DNA of 63,912 bases, counting the filler, from Octopus bimaculoides (Eukaryota), in the NCBI RefSeq assembly GCF_001194135.2. It is 8 parts of 8 records of this genome, joined end to end, with 100 filler letters (N's around TTAATTAATTAA, not from the genome) between each part and the next. Parts side by side here need not be neighbours in the genome. Positions count along the whole stretch, not along the records: positions 8,034 to 24,830 come from NC_068988.1; 7 more parts are not named here. One strand, written 5' to 3'. Positions 11,500 through 24,830 of the stretch are shown one piece after another. Position numbers and translations under genes: made by a program. Within the stretch, counting starts at the first letter, position 1; every line of letters starts with the position of its first letter. The notes beneath the pieces are model-generated. The model saw only the letters and a program-made list of their open reading frames with translations, did no database searches and was not told the origin of the DNA.

Positions 11500-12807
11500 A
11501 TACTTGTATGTACAAAAATATATATGCATGCATTCATACATTCATTCATGCATACATACATATACATACAATCTTATAGACAAACACACACACACATATG
11601 TATATGTATTTACATTTCAATGTACGTATGTATACACGTGTGTACGTATGTAATGTATGTATGTATGTATGTATGTATGTATGTATACATATATAGTTCT
11701 GTATATAGCCACATACTTAAGTACATCTGTGTATAGACAAATCTGATATACACATCCAATTTATATATTGTTTTTTTGTAACAGTGTGGGGGTAGGTTAT
11801 AGTATCACTAACTTTCCACATACTCGCGGATAGTTTTTGCCTGATTTTCCTTAAATTTCCAAATCTTTCCAAATCTATAATTGTCTCTTTATGTCCGAAA
11901 TACTGAAAAAAAAACAGAAATACGGAAAAGAGAAAAGACAACAGAAACGATACAAGTGATAGCGACATGATCCGTAACAGAAGGCAGAGTCCAATAATAA
12001 ACGACAAATTGTAAATACCAAGAAATATATATATAGTAAATACCAAGAATATATATATATATAGTTTGTAATAAACAAACATAAATATGACAGTCATCCG
12101 GGATTTTTTTTTCTTTTTGTTTTTAGATATTTTTCTCTTTCTTCTTTGCAGTTGAATAGAATGCATGTCTCGATATCCTGTTGATTGACAGTTCAGTCCG
12201 AACTCTTTAATGGAAATAAAACCTGGATAAATATTATATTGTGATATATCGGTCTGTTGTCGATGAGGGATTTTGACTTAAACTAAACTTGGGTTTATAT
12301 TCGTGATTGGTCTGCTTGTATGCGTGTTTTGCAAATTCGCTTGTGCGTGTGTATGTATGCGTGTTAGTGTGTGTGTGTATACGTGTGTGTGTATGCGTGT
12401 GTATGTGTATGTGTGTGCGAGTGTATATCTGTGTAAGAGTATAACTGTATACGTGCACGTATGCGCACATAAATATATATACTTAGATATATGTATGGAT
12501 ATTTACATACATACATACGTGCATGCATACATACATACATACATACATACACATACACATACACACATACACACACACATACATACATACATACATACAT
12601 ACATACATACATTCATACATACATATATACATACATACATATAATGATGAAGGTGTGTTGGATTGTTGGTATGGTTGTTTTTGTATTACGTGGAATAGTA
12701 TTATTATTGGATTGTTGGTATGATGTTGCTTTTTTGTACGTCCGAGTGCTATGAGTGTACGTATGTACGTGTATATATATATAATTATACATACACTTGC
12801 GTATATG

Positions 12808-12861
<54 letters not shown>

Positions 12862-13668
12862 TGTGTATGAATATTACTTCATGCTTGTCATTTATTCTTT
12901 TTTTCTTTTTGTTGTGTTGCTGTGGAAAAACTACAAGCAAGAACAAAGCAACAAACAAAACAAACAACCACATCAAAAAACCAAAACAATAATGCCCACT
13001 ACAAGCTAGAATCTGTTAACCAATAACAGGAAGGGTTATGGGTGATGGTGGCAAGGTTGTGGTGGAAGTCAGAGTCGAGGGCGGGTAGGGGCGCATTCTT
13101 TTTTTCTTTGTTTTCGTAGCTTAATATCTCTTCCTTACGTTCTCTTTATTCTTCCTTTCTATTGTATGTTTTCAGGTTACTTTAATGTAGTTAGATATTA
13201 AGTGTGCATTACTCTTGTGTTTTGTCGCTTCCACATGTCGTTTTCTCTTTTTGTATTTATTTTAATACATATTAATACATACATGTGTACATATATACGT
13301 ACATACGTACACATACTACATACCTACACATGTATACATATCCTCAAACACGCATGCATACAGACACACAAATACAGACACACACACAAACACACACACA
13401 AACACACACGCAGAAACAAACGCACAAATACATACAGACACACACACACACAAACACATATATGCATGTTTTTAATAAAGAATAGAAAAATACTCAATGC
13501 AAGATGTAGAATATAATGACATATTCGGCCTTATACCATCGTTCGAAGTTTAACAATTTTCCCATCTGTTGGATATGACAGATCAAGGGATCGTAAATCT
13601 CTCAAAAAATTATGTATGTATGTATGTATGTATGTATGTATATACGTATATATTTATCNNNNNNNNNN

Positions 13669-13730
<62 letters not shown>
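11500..13730. repeat. Dense compound microsatellite region (TACA, TATG, CA/TG)
   Basis: Directly visible tandem di- and tetranucleotide runs. Confidence 0.9.
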
Positions 13731-13732
<2 letters not shown>

Positions 13733-13770
13733 AATGCTATGCTATATAATATAAATATATATGTACATAA

Positions 13771-13902
13771 TAACTAGCGGTTCGGCATGAAAGCCCGATA
13801 AAGTACCAGGCTGTGGGTTGACTCATTTGACTTCAAGGCGGAACGACCGCAGAATGACCGCAGTCTAATGACTGGAAAAAAAGATGATAGATACATAATC
13901 CT

Positions 13903-13969
<67 letters not shown>

Positions 13970-14350
13970 ACCTTTTACTTTTTATTTATTTCAGTCATTA
14001 AACCGCGGCCATTCTGACGTATCACCTTGAAGAATTTTAGTCAAATGTATCGACCCCAGCGCCTTTATTTCAAACCTGGTACTTCTATCGTTTTCTTTGA
14101 CCGAACCGCTATGTTACGGGATGTAAACACACAAACACCGGTTGTAATGCGGTGGCGTGGGACAAACATCGACACAGAGACAAACACACATACAGTCTCA
14201 TATAAAGGACGGGTTCTTTCAATTTCAGTTTGCCAAATCCAGTCACAAATCTTTAGTCAGCCCGAGGCTATACTAAAAGACACTTCTCCAAAGTGTCAGG
14301 CAGTGGGACTAAAACCGGAACTATGTGGTTGAGGAGCAAACCTCTTACCA
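13771..14350. mobile_element. Two SINE family A copies: + strand 3' fragment (13771-13880) and - strand copy (13972-14350), separated by (TATC)n
   Basis: tagcggttcggc...gataaagtacc...aaggcgg...atgactg on +; tttcagtcatt...gacgggttctttc...gcagtgggact on -. Confidence 0.7.
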
Positions 14351-15456
14351 TATAGAAATAATATAGCAATGCCTGCGCCTTTATATATCTATGTGTGTGT
14401 GTTACATACATATATATGCATATGGGTTCCTCAAGTTTCGCACACACTTCTTCGCCTCTCCAGTTCGTGCTTCACAGCGTTCAATACACACACACTTCTC
14501 CACGTCTGGCTGTACAGCCTTTTTGTTTGTTTATTTCACCGTTTCGTTTTCCTGTCTTGTTTTCCGTCCGCCACTATCCTCTACGAAAAAAATTTAATTT
14601 GTGTTCGTGGGAAGAGCCATTTTAACGATGCGTCCTGCCCTAACTCTTCGAAACGCCGGTGTTTTAATGGTGGCAGCTGATGAAGGATATGTTCTTTATG
14701 TGGCCTGCTTGTTTGTTGTACCTTGTTTATCATTTTGTCCATGTTCTTTTGCAATGTCATGTACCCAGATATGTATCTATATGTACATGTAGATGAACGT
14801 ATATACATACATGNNNNNNNNNNNNNNNNNNNNNNNNNNNNNNNNNNNNNNNNNNNNNNNNNNNNNNNNNNNNNNNNNNNNNNNNNNNNNNNNNNNNNNN
14901 NNNNNNNNNNNNNNNNATATATACACTTATCTATACATATATACATCTATGTATATATGTGTGTGTGTGTGTAATCGGTAACATACTTAGCCGTGTTAAC
15001 AAAGGGATGTGGGTTCGAGTCCCATACGTACGAAAAAGCCTACTTTTTCAGTCGAGAGCTTATATGCCTCATTATTAGATTATTTTCCTTAGTCATTTGC
15101 ACGGTGATCGCTATAAGCTTTAAGTTTCTTTAAAAGCAAAACATTATTATTATTTACATAATTGTAAAACTCGACATTACCTAACAAAACCATTCGCACC
15201 GAAAGCACACACACACACACACACACACACATACATACATACATACATACATATAGACATAATTATATATCTGTATATATGAGTATACATATACGTGTAT
15301 TATGTATGTATGTTCTTATGAATGTAGGTGCAGGTATAGCTGTTCCATATTGTTTCATCCCTAGTGTGTTTATGTTATTTCTATAAAAATACAGTTTTTT
15401 CTGTTATTATATAAGCGTTTTTTAAAACCATAAATCTGTCCTCAAATACCATGTGT

Positions 15457-15519
<63 letters not shown>

Positions 15520-15911
15520 NNNNNNNNNNNNNNNNNNNNNNNNNNNNNNNNNNNNNNNNNNNNNNNNNNNNNNNNNNNNNNNNNNNNNNNNNNNNNNNNN
15601 NNNNNNNNNNNNNNNNNNNNNNNNNNNNNNNNNNNNNNNNNNNNNNNNNNNNNNNNNNNNNNNNNNNNNNNNNNNNNNNNNNNNNNNNNNNNNNNNNNNN
15701 NNNNNNNNNNNNNNNNNNNNNNNNNNNNNNNNNNNNNNNNNNNNNNNNNNNNNNNNNNNNNNNNNNNNNNNNNNNNNNNNNNNNNNNNNNNNNNNNNNNN
15801 NNNNNNNNNNNNNNNNNNNNNNNNNNNNNNNNNNNNNNNNNNNNNNNNNNNNNNNNNNNNNNNNNNNNNNNNNNNNNNNNNNNNNNNNNNNNNNNNNNNN
15901 NNNNNNNNNNN

Positions 15912-15948
<37 letters not shown>

Positions 15949-15989
15949 TCCAACGGGCGTCTTTCAGTTTCCACATACCAGATCTACTT

Positions 15990-16130
15990 ATGCACGAAGA
16001 GGGTGCAGGACGCTCATCAAGCTCCACCATTGACAAGAAGATTCAGCAAGCTCGAGAGATGATAATGGTGAACCGGTTCACCATTACCATTTCTCGGATC
16101 ACTGCACTTTGCTTTTCTTTGTTGCACAAT
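15990..16130 (+). mobile_element. Mariner transposase N-terminal (HTH region) remnant
   Basis: Translation HEEGAGRSSSSTIDKKIQQAREMIMVNRFTIT resembles the mariner pattern DEERSGRPST...I..ARE.I..NRR.TI. Confidence 0.55.
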
Positions 16131-16642
16131 TCTAGTGGAGCGGTTATGCTTACACTATAAAGCCAGAAAGAAAAAACGGCGCGATCAGGCTCAAACTTCG
16201 ATCACGTGACCACAGTATTACCAACTATGTGCACGCATGCGCAGAATGCAGTGTGACAATAATAACGATATGCAATGGCAAAAGTACGAATAATGTTTGA
16301 CTACCCCTCGTATATATATATATATATATATATCGTGTCAGTTCTTGACTGGTACTTTACTTTATCACCACCACCCCATGAAGAATGGAAGGCAAAGCTG
16401 TCATAGGTGTGATTTGAAACAATTACTGCAAGACAGTTTGTCCGATGTGCTACTGATTTTGTCTGTGTGTCAACTTTTACACCAACTCCAGTATTGGTAA
16501 TTATATAATCAAACCCAACAAAATTAAAGACAAAGTTTGCTCTAGCACGATTCGAACACAGAACACAAAAGAGCTATAGTTAAATACTGCAAACGGAACT
16601 AATTGACGATTTTGGCCTGCCAACTATACATCAACACACACA

Positions 16643-16705
<63 letters not shown>

Positions 16706-17664
16706 NNNNNNNNNNNNNNNNNNNNNNNNNNNNNNNNNNNNNNNNNNNNNNNNNNNNNNNNNNNNNNNNNNNNNNNNNNNNNNNNNNNNNNNNNNNNNNN
16801 NNNNNNNNNNNNNNNNNNNNNNNNNNNNNNNNNNNNNNNNNNNNNNNNNNNNNNNNNNNNNNNNNNNNNNNNNNNNNNNNNNNNNNNNNNNNNNNNNNNN
16901 NNNNNNNNNNNNNNNNNNNNNNNNNNNNNNNNNNNNNNNNNNNNNNNNNNNNNNNNNNNNNNNNNNNNNNNNNNNNNNNNNNNNNNNNNNNNNNNNNNNN
17001 NNNNNNNNNNNNNNNNNNNNNNNNNNNNNNNNNNNNNNNNNNNNNNNNNNNNNNNNNNNNNNNNNNNNNNNNNNNNNNNNNNNNNNNNNNNNNNNNNNNN
17101 NNNNNNNNNNNNNNNNNNNNNNNNNNNNNNNNNNNNNNNNNNNNNNNNNNNNNNNNNNNNNNNNNNNNNNNNNNNNNNNNNNNNNNNNNNNNNNNNNNNN
17201 NNNNNNNNNNNNNNNNNNNNNNNNNNNNNNNNNNNNNNNNNNNNNNNNNNNNNNNNNNNNNNNNNNNNNNNNNNNNNNNNNNNNNNNNNNNNNNNNNNNN
17301 NNNNNNNNNNNNNNNNNNNNNNNNNNNNNNNNNNNNNNNNNNNNNNNNNNNNNNNNNNNNNNNNNNNNNNNNNNNNNNNNNNNNNNNNNNNNNNNNNNNN
17401 NNNNNNNNNNNNNNNNNNNNNNNNNNNNNNNNNNNNNNNNNNNNNNNNNNNNNNNNNNNNNNNNNNNNNNNNNNNNNNNNNNNNNNNNNNNNNNNNNNNN
17501 NNNNNNNNNNNNNNNNNNNNNNNNNNNNNNNNNNNNNNNNNNNNNNNNNNNNNNNNNNNNNNNNNNNNNNNNNNNNNNNNNNNNNNNNNNNNNNNNNNNN
17601 NNNNNNNNNNNNNNNNNNNNNNNNNNNNNNNNNNNNNNNNNNNNNNNNNNNNNNNNNNNNNNNN

Positions 17665-17702
<38 letters not shown>

Positions 17703-18312
17703 TGTATGTGCATGTGTAACAGTCAACTTCATTTCTTCTCTTTTCTCCACTTCCATATAACGCTGAAATACATAAAATTATTCTTGTTGAGTTGCACTGG
17801 AAACTTGTTCGCGCTTTCGGCATTAAAAGAAATCCTACAAATAACGCAACTATAAGCACACCGTCCGAACAATCACCCAATCAACCAACCAACCAACCAA
17901 CCGAGCGACCGACCGACCAACCAACAAACAAGCATACAAACAAGACGAATTAATTAAATCTATTTCCACCTTTCATTTCAGGGTATTGTCCCACCTGTAC
18001 TCGAAGCAGTCTTTATTCAACTCTCCAGTGAATTGTTTTCTAGGTTACGTAGTTTTTCGTTTTTCATTTAGTTACTTCATGTGTACGGTAAACCCGTACA
18101 CATATGTACACTGTAAGCTCACTTCCTTCTCATTTATTCTCCTTTTCCTTTTCTCCCTCCCCTCCCTCTCTCTCTCTCTCTTTCTCTCTTCCTATCAGTT
18201 TCTATCACCATTCTCAGGCTTTCATCTATATATCTATTTTTCTGTCTAAAATTTTCTTAATTGCTGCTCTCTTTCACACTTTTTCCTCCCTCCCTCCTTC
18301 TCTGACTGTGCA

Positions 18313-18348
<36 letters not shown>

Positions 18349-19458
18349 TCTATATATGAATATATATATANNNNNNNNNNNNNNNNNNNNNNNNNNNNNN
18401 NNNNNNNNNNNNNNNNNNNNNNNNNNNNNNNNNNNNNNNNNNNNNNNNNNNNNNNNNNNNNNNNNNNNNNNNNNNNNNNNNNNNNNNNNNNNNNNNNNNN
18501 NNNNNNNNNNNNNNNNNNNNNNNNNNNNNNNNNNNNNNNNNNNNNNNNNNNNNNNNNNNNNNNNNNNNNNNNNNNNNNNNNNNNNNNNNNNNNNNNNNNN
18601 NNNNNNNNNNNNNNNNNNNNNNNNNNNNNNNNNNNNNNNNNNNNNNNNNNNNNNNNNNNNNNNNNNNNNNNNNNNNNNNNNNNNNNNNNNNNNNNNNNNN
18701 NNNNNNNNNNNNNNNNNNNNNNNNNNNNNNNNNNNNNNNNNNNNNNNNNNNNNNNNNNNNNNNNNNNNNNNNNNNNNNNNNNNNNNNNNNNNNNNNNNNN
18801 NNNNNNNNNNNNNNNNNNNNNNNNNNNNNNNNNNNNNNNNNNNNNNNNNNNNNNNNNNNNNNNNNNNNNNNNNNNNNNNNNNNNNNNNNNNAATGGACAT
18901 CAACTCAATAGTATGATCATTGCTCCTTAATAGGCTGCGATGCGAAAATAATTCAAGTTCAGTTGATGGCATCTCACTGTCACAGTAGTATCTGCATAAA
19001 TATCTATTGTCAGTTTTGCTGTATGTGTGTGTGTGTGTGCGTGCGCGCGCGTGCGTTCGTGTGTTAGCGCATCCATGCGTGTAGGTGCATGTGCGTGTGT
19101 GTGCGCACACGTGTGCGTGTATGTATATGTATATATTCAGTAATACATTTGAAATCGAATTCAAAATCAAAAAATATCTTTTTGAAATAGTTAACAGTTC
19201 AATTGTTTAAAGAATAGATTATAACCAGATAGCGAAAGATGGTCACGTAAATAATTTATGAAAATGTAAATGGAAATCACGTTTGAAATGTTTTATACTT
19301 GTCTCATAGTTTTTTATGTACAAATATTTTTGACTGATATGAACACAGCATTTTTCTAGTTCAGAAACCTTTATTTTTTTCAGATATTTGAGTCTCCTTT
19401 CATTTATCGATATTGTGACGTTATACGTATCAACATCTAATTCTTCCAGAAGTTCGAG

Positions 19459-19672
19459 TATGAGGGGATACTGAAAAGTTCCTTGCTTTAGGTAAAAGAA
19501 AATGCAGGAGGGTCAATTAATCATGATTTTATTTAACATATTCCCCTCTCAGAGTCACACACTTATTGCAGCGGTCCTTCTGTTTTTCTAAGCCCTGAAA
19601 AAGAATTCGGAAGATTGGGCCTCCAACCAGGCTTTTCGCGACACCCTTAAAGTCAGGAAATTTTCAGCACTA
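19459..19672. mobile_element. Mariner-type MITE (copy 2)
   Basis: Left TIR TA-tgaggggatactgaaaagttcc and partial right TIR aggaaattttcagcac. Aligns with copies 1 and 3. Confidence 0.8.
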
Positions 19673-20739
19673 AAGTCAGTATATTTTGCAATCCTTAATC
19701 GCCTAAGATAGGTGTGTGTACAATCTAACTAAAAGACGCAAAATAAGTGATGCATTGTCAGACTGAAAGAAATACCAGAAATTATAAATAATCAGGGGAA
19801 AATAAATCATTTGAAATCTGAATTTGGAAATGCATTGAATATAAGTAAAGAAAAGTTACAACAATAAATAAGTTTGTTTAACCCGGAGAAGTTGTATAGA
19901 CAAATAGAATATTGTGATAATGTATCAAAAGAAAATAAATTGCAGTTTATTTAAGTTAAATGTTATATATTGAATATAAATAAATGGCCAAAGGAAATAT
20001 TGTGTGGCACAACATTTATTAAATATTGTTACAAATTTTTAGTGTTAAACATTGCTTAACTTTTTATCTAGAGCTGTTAATAATTCCTTTATTATATAGT
20101 TGGTAATGCTCTCTATTTAAAGATACATTTTATTTATGAAGAAATATTAAAAAATAAGCAACTAAGAAAAACTCTCGGCAGAATTATTATTGAGTAATTA
20201 ATTCTAGTAATAATTTACTTCATAGATAGTAAGTGGAGTAAATTCTAAAATATATCTTATTTCGGCAGAAGGATATTGTTTATGTTGATTAATTTGGTCA
20301 GTATGGTTTGTAGGTCTGATGTTATTTAGTTACTTGATTTATTTAAGTTCCAAAGAAACGAGTGTATATGTGTGGTTAATAGGATATTACTTGTTTTGAA
20401 AGATTATAGGCTTTGACATATTTTGTTATTTAATACATTCTATGTTTGCATAGTAAAACTGACTTTCAGTTTCAGTTGGAGGTTGAAAAATAGAATTTCA
20501 CAGCATTCAGACGTGCAAGACAGATAAGTATTCTAATTAGTATTTTATGGTTTTTCTAAGTAAAGTACTTTTCATTTTTTATCTAAAAACATACTTGAGA
20601 AATTCAAATTTCAAATATTTTTCAACTACTAAATTTCTGCTTTCCTATTCTGATTCCTACAATATAGGTGTTTTGATAAAATCTCGTTTGCAATGTGTTG
20701 GCCATTAAAACCGATTCCAATTGCCTTTAAGAGAATAAT

Positions 20740-21200
20740 TGTTGGTATTTGTACAATTACATTTAGGTGTATAAGAGTTAGAAGGATGTGTTTTTAATCA
20801 ACATTGATTGGAGTTGGAAGCTTTGAGCAAAAGAATTTGATTCTGCGAATGACAATTAAAGTCTATACATGCTGCAAACTAAAAATATTGTAGTCTTTGT
20901 AGTTACGAAAGAATGCTTAATGAGTACTTTTTATAAAAAGTTGGCTACGAAGGTTGGTAATAGCAAATTATTTGGTGGATTATAAAATACAGCGGATCTT
21001 TTTTTTATATTTAATAGGTGTTAATTTTTAATTGCTGTTACATTTTACTTTTCTGTGCATCTGCTTCATTATAATAGTTCTTCATTATAATAGTTAAATG
21101 AAGCACTAATAACCTGTTCATCAGCACCTCAACAAGACTCGTAAAGATAATGAATATATATTCGTGTAAGTCCACAGCTGCTATACATGAATATTGTGAG
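20740..21200 (-). mobile_element. Possible highly decayed Penelope-like retroelement ORF remnant
   Basis: Minus-strand fragments FYNPP...FL*KVLIKHSF and KCNCTNTNNYSLKGN resemble the WFNPP...FL.LIDKHF and CNCR...CPL.G.C linker motifs that precede the GIY-YIG domain. The match is weak, with many stops. Confidence 0.3.
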
Positions 21201-22149
21201 AAATAATTCTTTCAAAAATCGAAGTGAATTTTCGTATATTAAGATATTTGTTATCGTTATCTTATCCTTTATTGTCTTAAAGGAATATCAGCACTCCAAC
21301 AAAAGTAAAATCTACTTAAATCTTTCAAAAAAAGTCCTCTTAATCATAACTGAGGTTATTTCCCTTCTCTATCTTAGTAACATACTTGTCAGAACCAGCA
21401 AAGCCATACTAAGAGAAAAAAAGATTGAAAATAAAAATAAACATATTGTCCATAATTCTAAAACATTATACTTATAAAAATAAACACACGTCTAACTCAT
21501 TTTCAATATTTTTTCTTCATTAAACTTGCACCCTTTCTTTCTTACCTAGCTTATAATTTAAATGTAATAGATAAACTTTCTGCTTCTATTTTGGTGATAT
21601 ATTCTTACGCTTTAATTCAGGTATATATATATATGTGTGTGTGTGCAAACATACAATACATACTTACGTCAATGTCTATGTGTATGTATGTGTGTGCGTT
21701 TCTGTCTCGGTCTATGTCATGCTTTCTAATTGAAATCTTTTGATGTATGCCGCTATTAATTTCTTCGGATTTTCCTATTTTCACTACGTTACGCATGAAA
21801 TATATAAATGAGTATATCAATGAAGAAATAAATAAATAAATAAACAGAATTAGTGGCGAAAACACATCTATCATTCGCCTTTGTCAAAGGCGAATGATAG
21901 ATACGTATGGACACAGTGACATATTTCTGTAATTGTGGAATAGATTACCCATACACACACATCAAACACAATTATAAACAGCGCACACATGCACACAACG
22001 TACGCATAATACAAAGACAAACAACATACAAAGAGAGGGAGAAAGAGAAAGAGAGAGAGAAACACAAGCAATGGTATATAGAGAGATAGTGCATATAATT
22101 ATACGTATGTACAAGTATATAAATACATGTGCCGATATCTAAATCGGTT

Positions 22150-22281
22150 AATTAAATGGATCATAGTTCTAGGTTAAGTCCCACTGCGTGACATCTTGGG
22201 TAAGTGTCTTTTAATATAACCTCGGGTGGACCAAAACCTTGTGAGTGGATTTGGTAGACAGAAACTGAAAGAAGTCCGTCG
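22150..22281 (+). mobile_element. SINE family A, 5' half
   Basis: gtcccactgcgtgacatcttgggtaagtgtc...gaaactgaaagaagtccgtcg, followed by (TA)n and a gap. Confidence 0.8.
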
Positions 22282-22862
22282 TATATATATATATATATAT
22301 NNNNNNNNNNNNNNNNNNNNNNNNNNNNNNNNNNNNNNNNNNNNNNNNNNNNNNNNNNNNNNNNNNNNNNNNNNNNNNNNNNNNNNNNNNNNNNNNNNNN
22401 NNNNNNNNNNNNNNNNNNNNNNNNNNTTTATATAAGGGCATTAACTATATAGTAATGCCTCACGCTTAGAGGGACTAAAAAAGTCAAAAACTACCAAAAA
22501 ATAAGCAACATATTTACCAAAAGCGAGGGAATGCAACTTTCAAAAATTAATCTCTTAAAAACATTTAACTTAACGGCAAACCACTGGTTTCTCAATTAAT
22601 ACAGCAAAAAATGTGAAGTAAGCTGCATCTTTTGTTCATCAGTACACGTATGATCGACACATAAAAAATAAACAAAAATCAACATACCACGATGTACCCA
22701 ACAATAGTACGATGACTTCTCTTCATTATTATATATCCGTGAAAGAGGTTAGAATTTATCCGGTTGCATCTCAGTAACACGTGCTTATACAGAATAATAT
22801 TCAGCACTGAATATATTCTAATTATTTATAATATAATATAGGATAAAATCTTTATAAGAATT

Positions 22863-23023
22863 TAACCATAACCCTAACCCTAGCCCTAACTCTTACCTTA
22901 ACCCTATCCCTTGCCCTAAACCTAACCCTAACCCTAACCCTATCACTTACCCTAATCCTAACCCTAAACCTTTCCCTAACGCTAAGCGTAACCCTAACCC
23001 TAACTAACCCTTAACCCTAACCC
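22863..23023 (+). repeat. Degenerate telomere-like (CCCTAA)n block
   Basis: About 160 bp of aaccct/accctaaccc units with variants; it reads TTAGGG on the minus strand. Confidence 0.9.
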
Positions 23024-24830
23024 TTTCCGTTACTTTCTTTTACTTTCCGCTCATTTGCGTTAGTTTCCGTTAGATTCCGTTATTTTCTGTTACTTTCCGT
23101 CAGTTTCCGTTACCTTCCGTTACTTTCAGTTACTTCCCGTTAGTTTACTGTAGTTCTCGTTAGTTTCCGTTAGTTTCCGTTACTTTCTCTTAGCCTCCGT
23201 TACTTTCCGTTAGTTTCCGTTACTTTTCGTTTACTTCCGTTAGTTTCCGTTTCATTACGTTAGTTTCCGTTTCTTTCCGTTAGTTTCCGTTTCATTACGT
23301 TGGTTTCCGTTAGTTCCCGTTACTTTTCGTTAGTTTCCGTTACTTTCCGTTAGTTTAGGTTACTTTCCGTTACTTTCTGTTACTTTCGCTATTTTCCCTT
23401 ACTTTACGTTACTTTCCGTTACTTTCCGTTACTTTCCGTTACCTTCCGTTAGTTTCGTTAGTTTTCGTTAGTTTCCGTTAGTTTCCGTTAGTTTCGTTAG
23501 TTTCCGTTAGTTTCCGTTTCTTTCCGGTAGTTTCCGTTAATTTCCGTTAGATTCCGTTAGTTTCCGTTACATTCCGTTACTTTCCGTTAGTTTCCGTTAC
23601 TTTCCGTTACCTTCCGTTACCTTCCGTTACCTTCCGTTACTTTCCATTAGTTTCCGTCATTTTCCGTTACTTTCCGTTACTTTCCGTTACTTTCCGTTAT
23701 ATTCCGTTAGTTTCCGTTACTTTCCGTTAGTTTCCATTAGTTTCCGTTTCTTACCGTTAGTTTCCGTTAGTTTCCGTTATTTTCAGTTACTTTCCGTTAC
23801 TTTCCGTTAGTTTCCGTTAGTTTCCGTTACTTTCCGTTAGTTTCCGTTCCTTTCCATTAATTTCCTTTAGTTCTCGTTACTTTCCGTTACTTTTCGTTAG
23901 TTTTCATTAATTTCCTTTAATTTTCTTTACTTACCGTTAGTTTCCGTTAGTTTGCATTTGTTTCCGTTACTTTCCTTTAGTTTCCGTGACTTTCCGTTAC
24001 TTTCCGTTATTTTCGGTTAGTCTCCGTTAGTTTCCGTTACTTTCCGTTACGTTCCGTTACTTTCCGTTAATTTCCTTTAGTTCTCGTTAGTTTCCGTTAC
24101 TTTTCGTTAGTTTTCGTTAATTTCCTTTAGTTTTCTTTACTTTCCGTTAGTTTCCGTTAGTTTCCGTTATTTTCCGTTAGTTTCCGTTAGCTTCCGTTAG
24201 TTTCCGTAGTTTATGTTAGTTTCCGTTACTTTCCGTTAGTTTCCACTAGTTCCCGTTAGTTTCCATTAGTTTACGTTACTTTCCGTTAGTTTCCGTTACT
24301 TTCTGTTAGATTCAGTTAGTTTCCGTTTGTTTCCGTTACTTTCGGTTAGTTTCCGTTAGTTTCCGTTACGTTCCTTTACTTTCCGTTAGTTTCCGTTACT
24401 ATCCGTTAGTTTCCGTTATTTTCCGTTATTTTCCGTTACTTTCGGTAACTTTCCGTTAGTTTCCGTTAATTTCCGTTATTTTCCGTTATTTTCCGTTACT
24501 TTCCGTTAGTTTCCCTTAGTTTCCGTTAGTTTCAATTGATCTCCGATACTTTCCGTTACCTTCCGTTAGTTTCCGTTACCTTCAGTTACTTTCAGTTACT
24601 TTCCGTTAGTTTACTGTAGTTCTCGTTAGTTTCCGTTAGTTTCCGTTACTTTGTCTTAGCTTCCGTTACTTTCCGTTAGTTTCCGTTACTTTTCGGTTAC
24701 TTCCGTTAGTTTCCGTTTCATTACGATAGTTTCCGTTTCTTTCCGTTAGCTTCCGTTTCATTACGTTGGTTTCCGTTAGTTCCCGTTACTTTCCGTTAGT
24801 TTCCGTTACTTTCCGTTAGTTTAGGTTACT
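23024..24830. repeat. 10-bp satellite TTTCCGTTA(G/C), at least 1.8 kb and truncated by a gap, with higher-order structure
   Basis: Continuous decamer array. Diagnostic variants recur at offsets of 1466 bp and 210 bp. Confidence 0.97.

Noticed and set aside
14608-14695. GAAGAG/CTCTTC stem, GAAAC and a downstream CTGATGA as a type I or II hammerhead
   Set aside because: The type I reading lacks the CUGANGA box, and the type II reading cannot form stem I.
23024-24830. CRISPR-like array
   Set aside because: It is a contiguous decamer satellite without unique spacers, in eukaryotic DNA with no cas genes.
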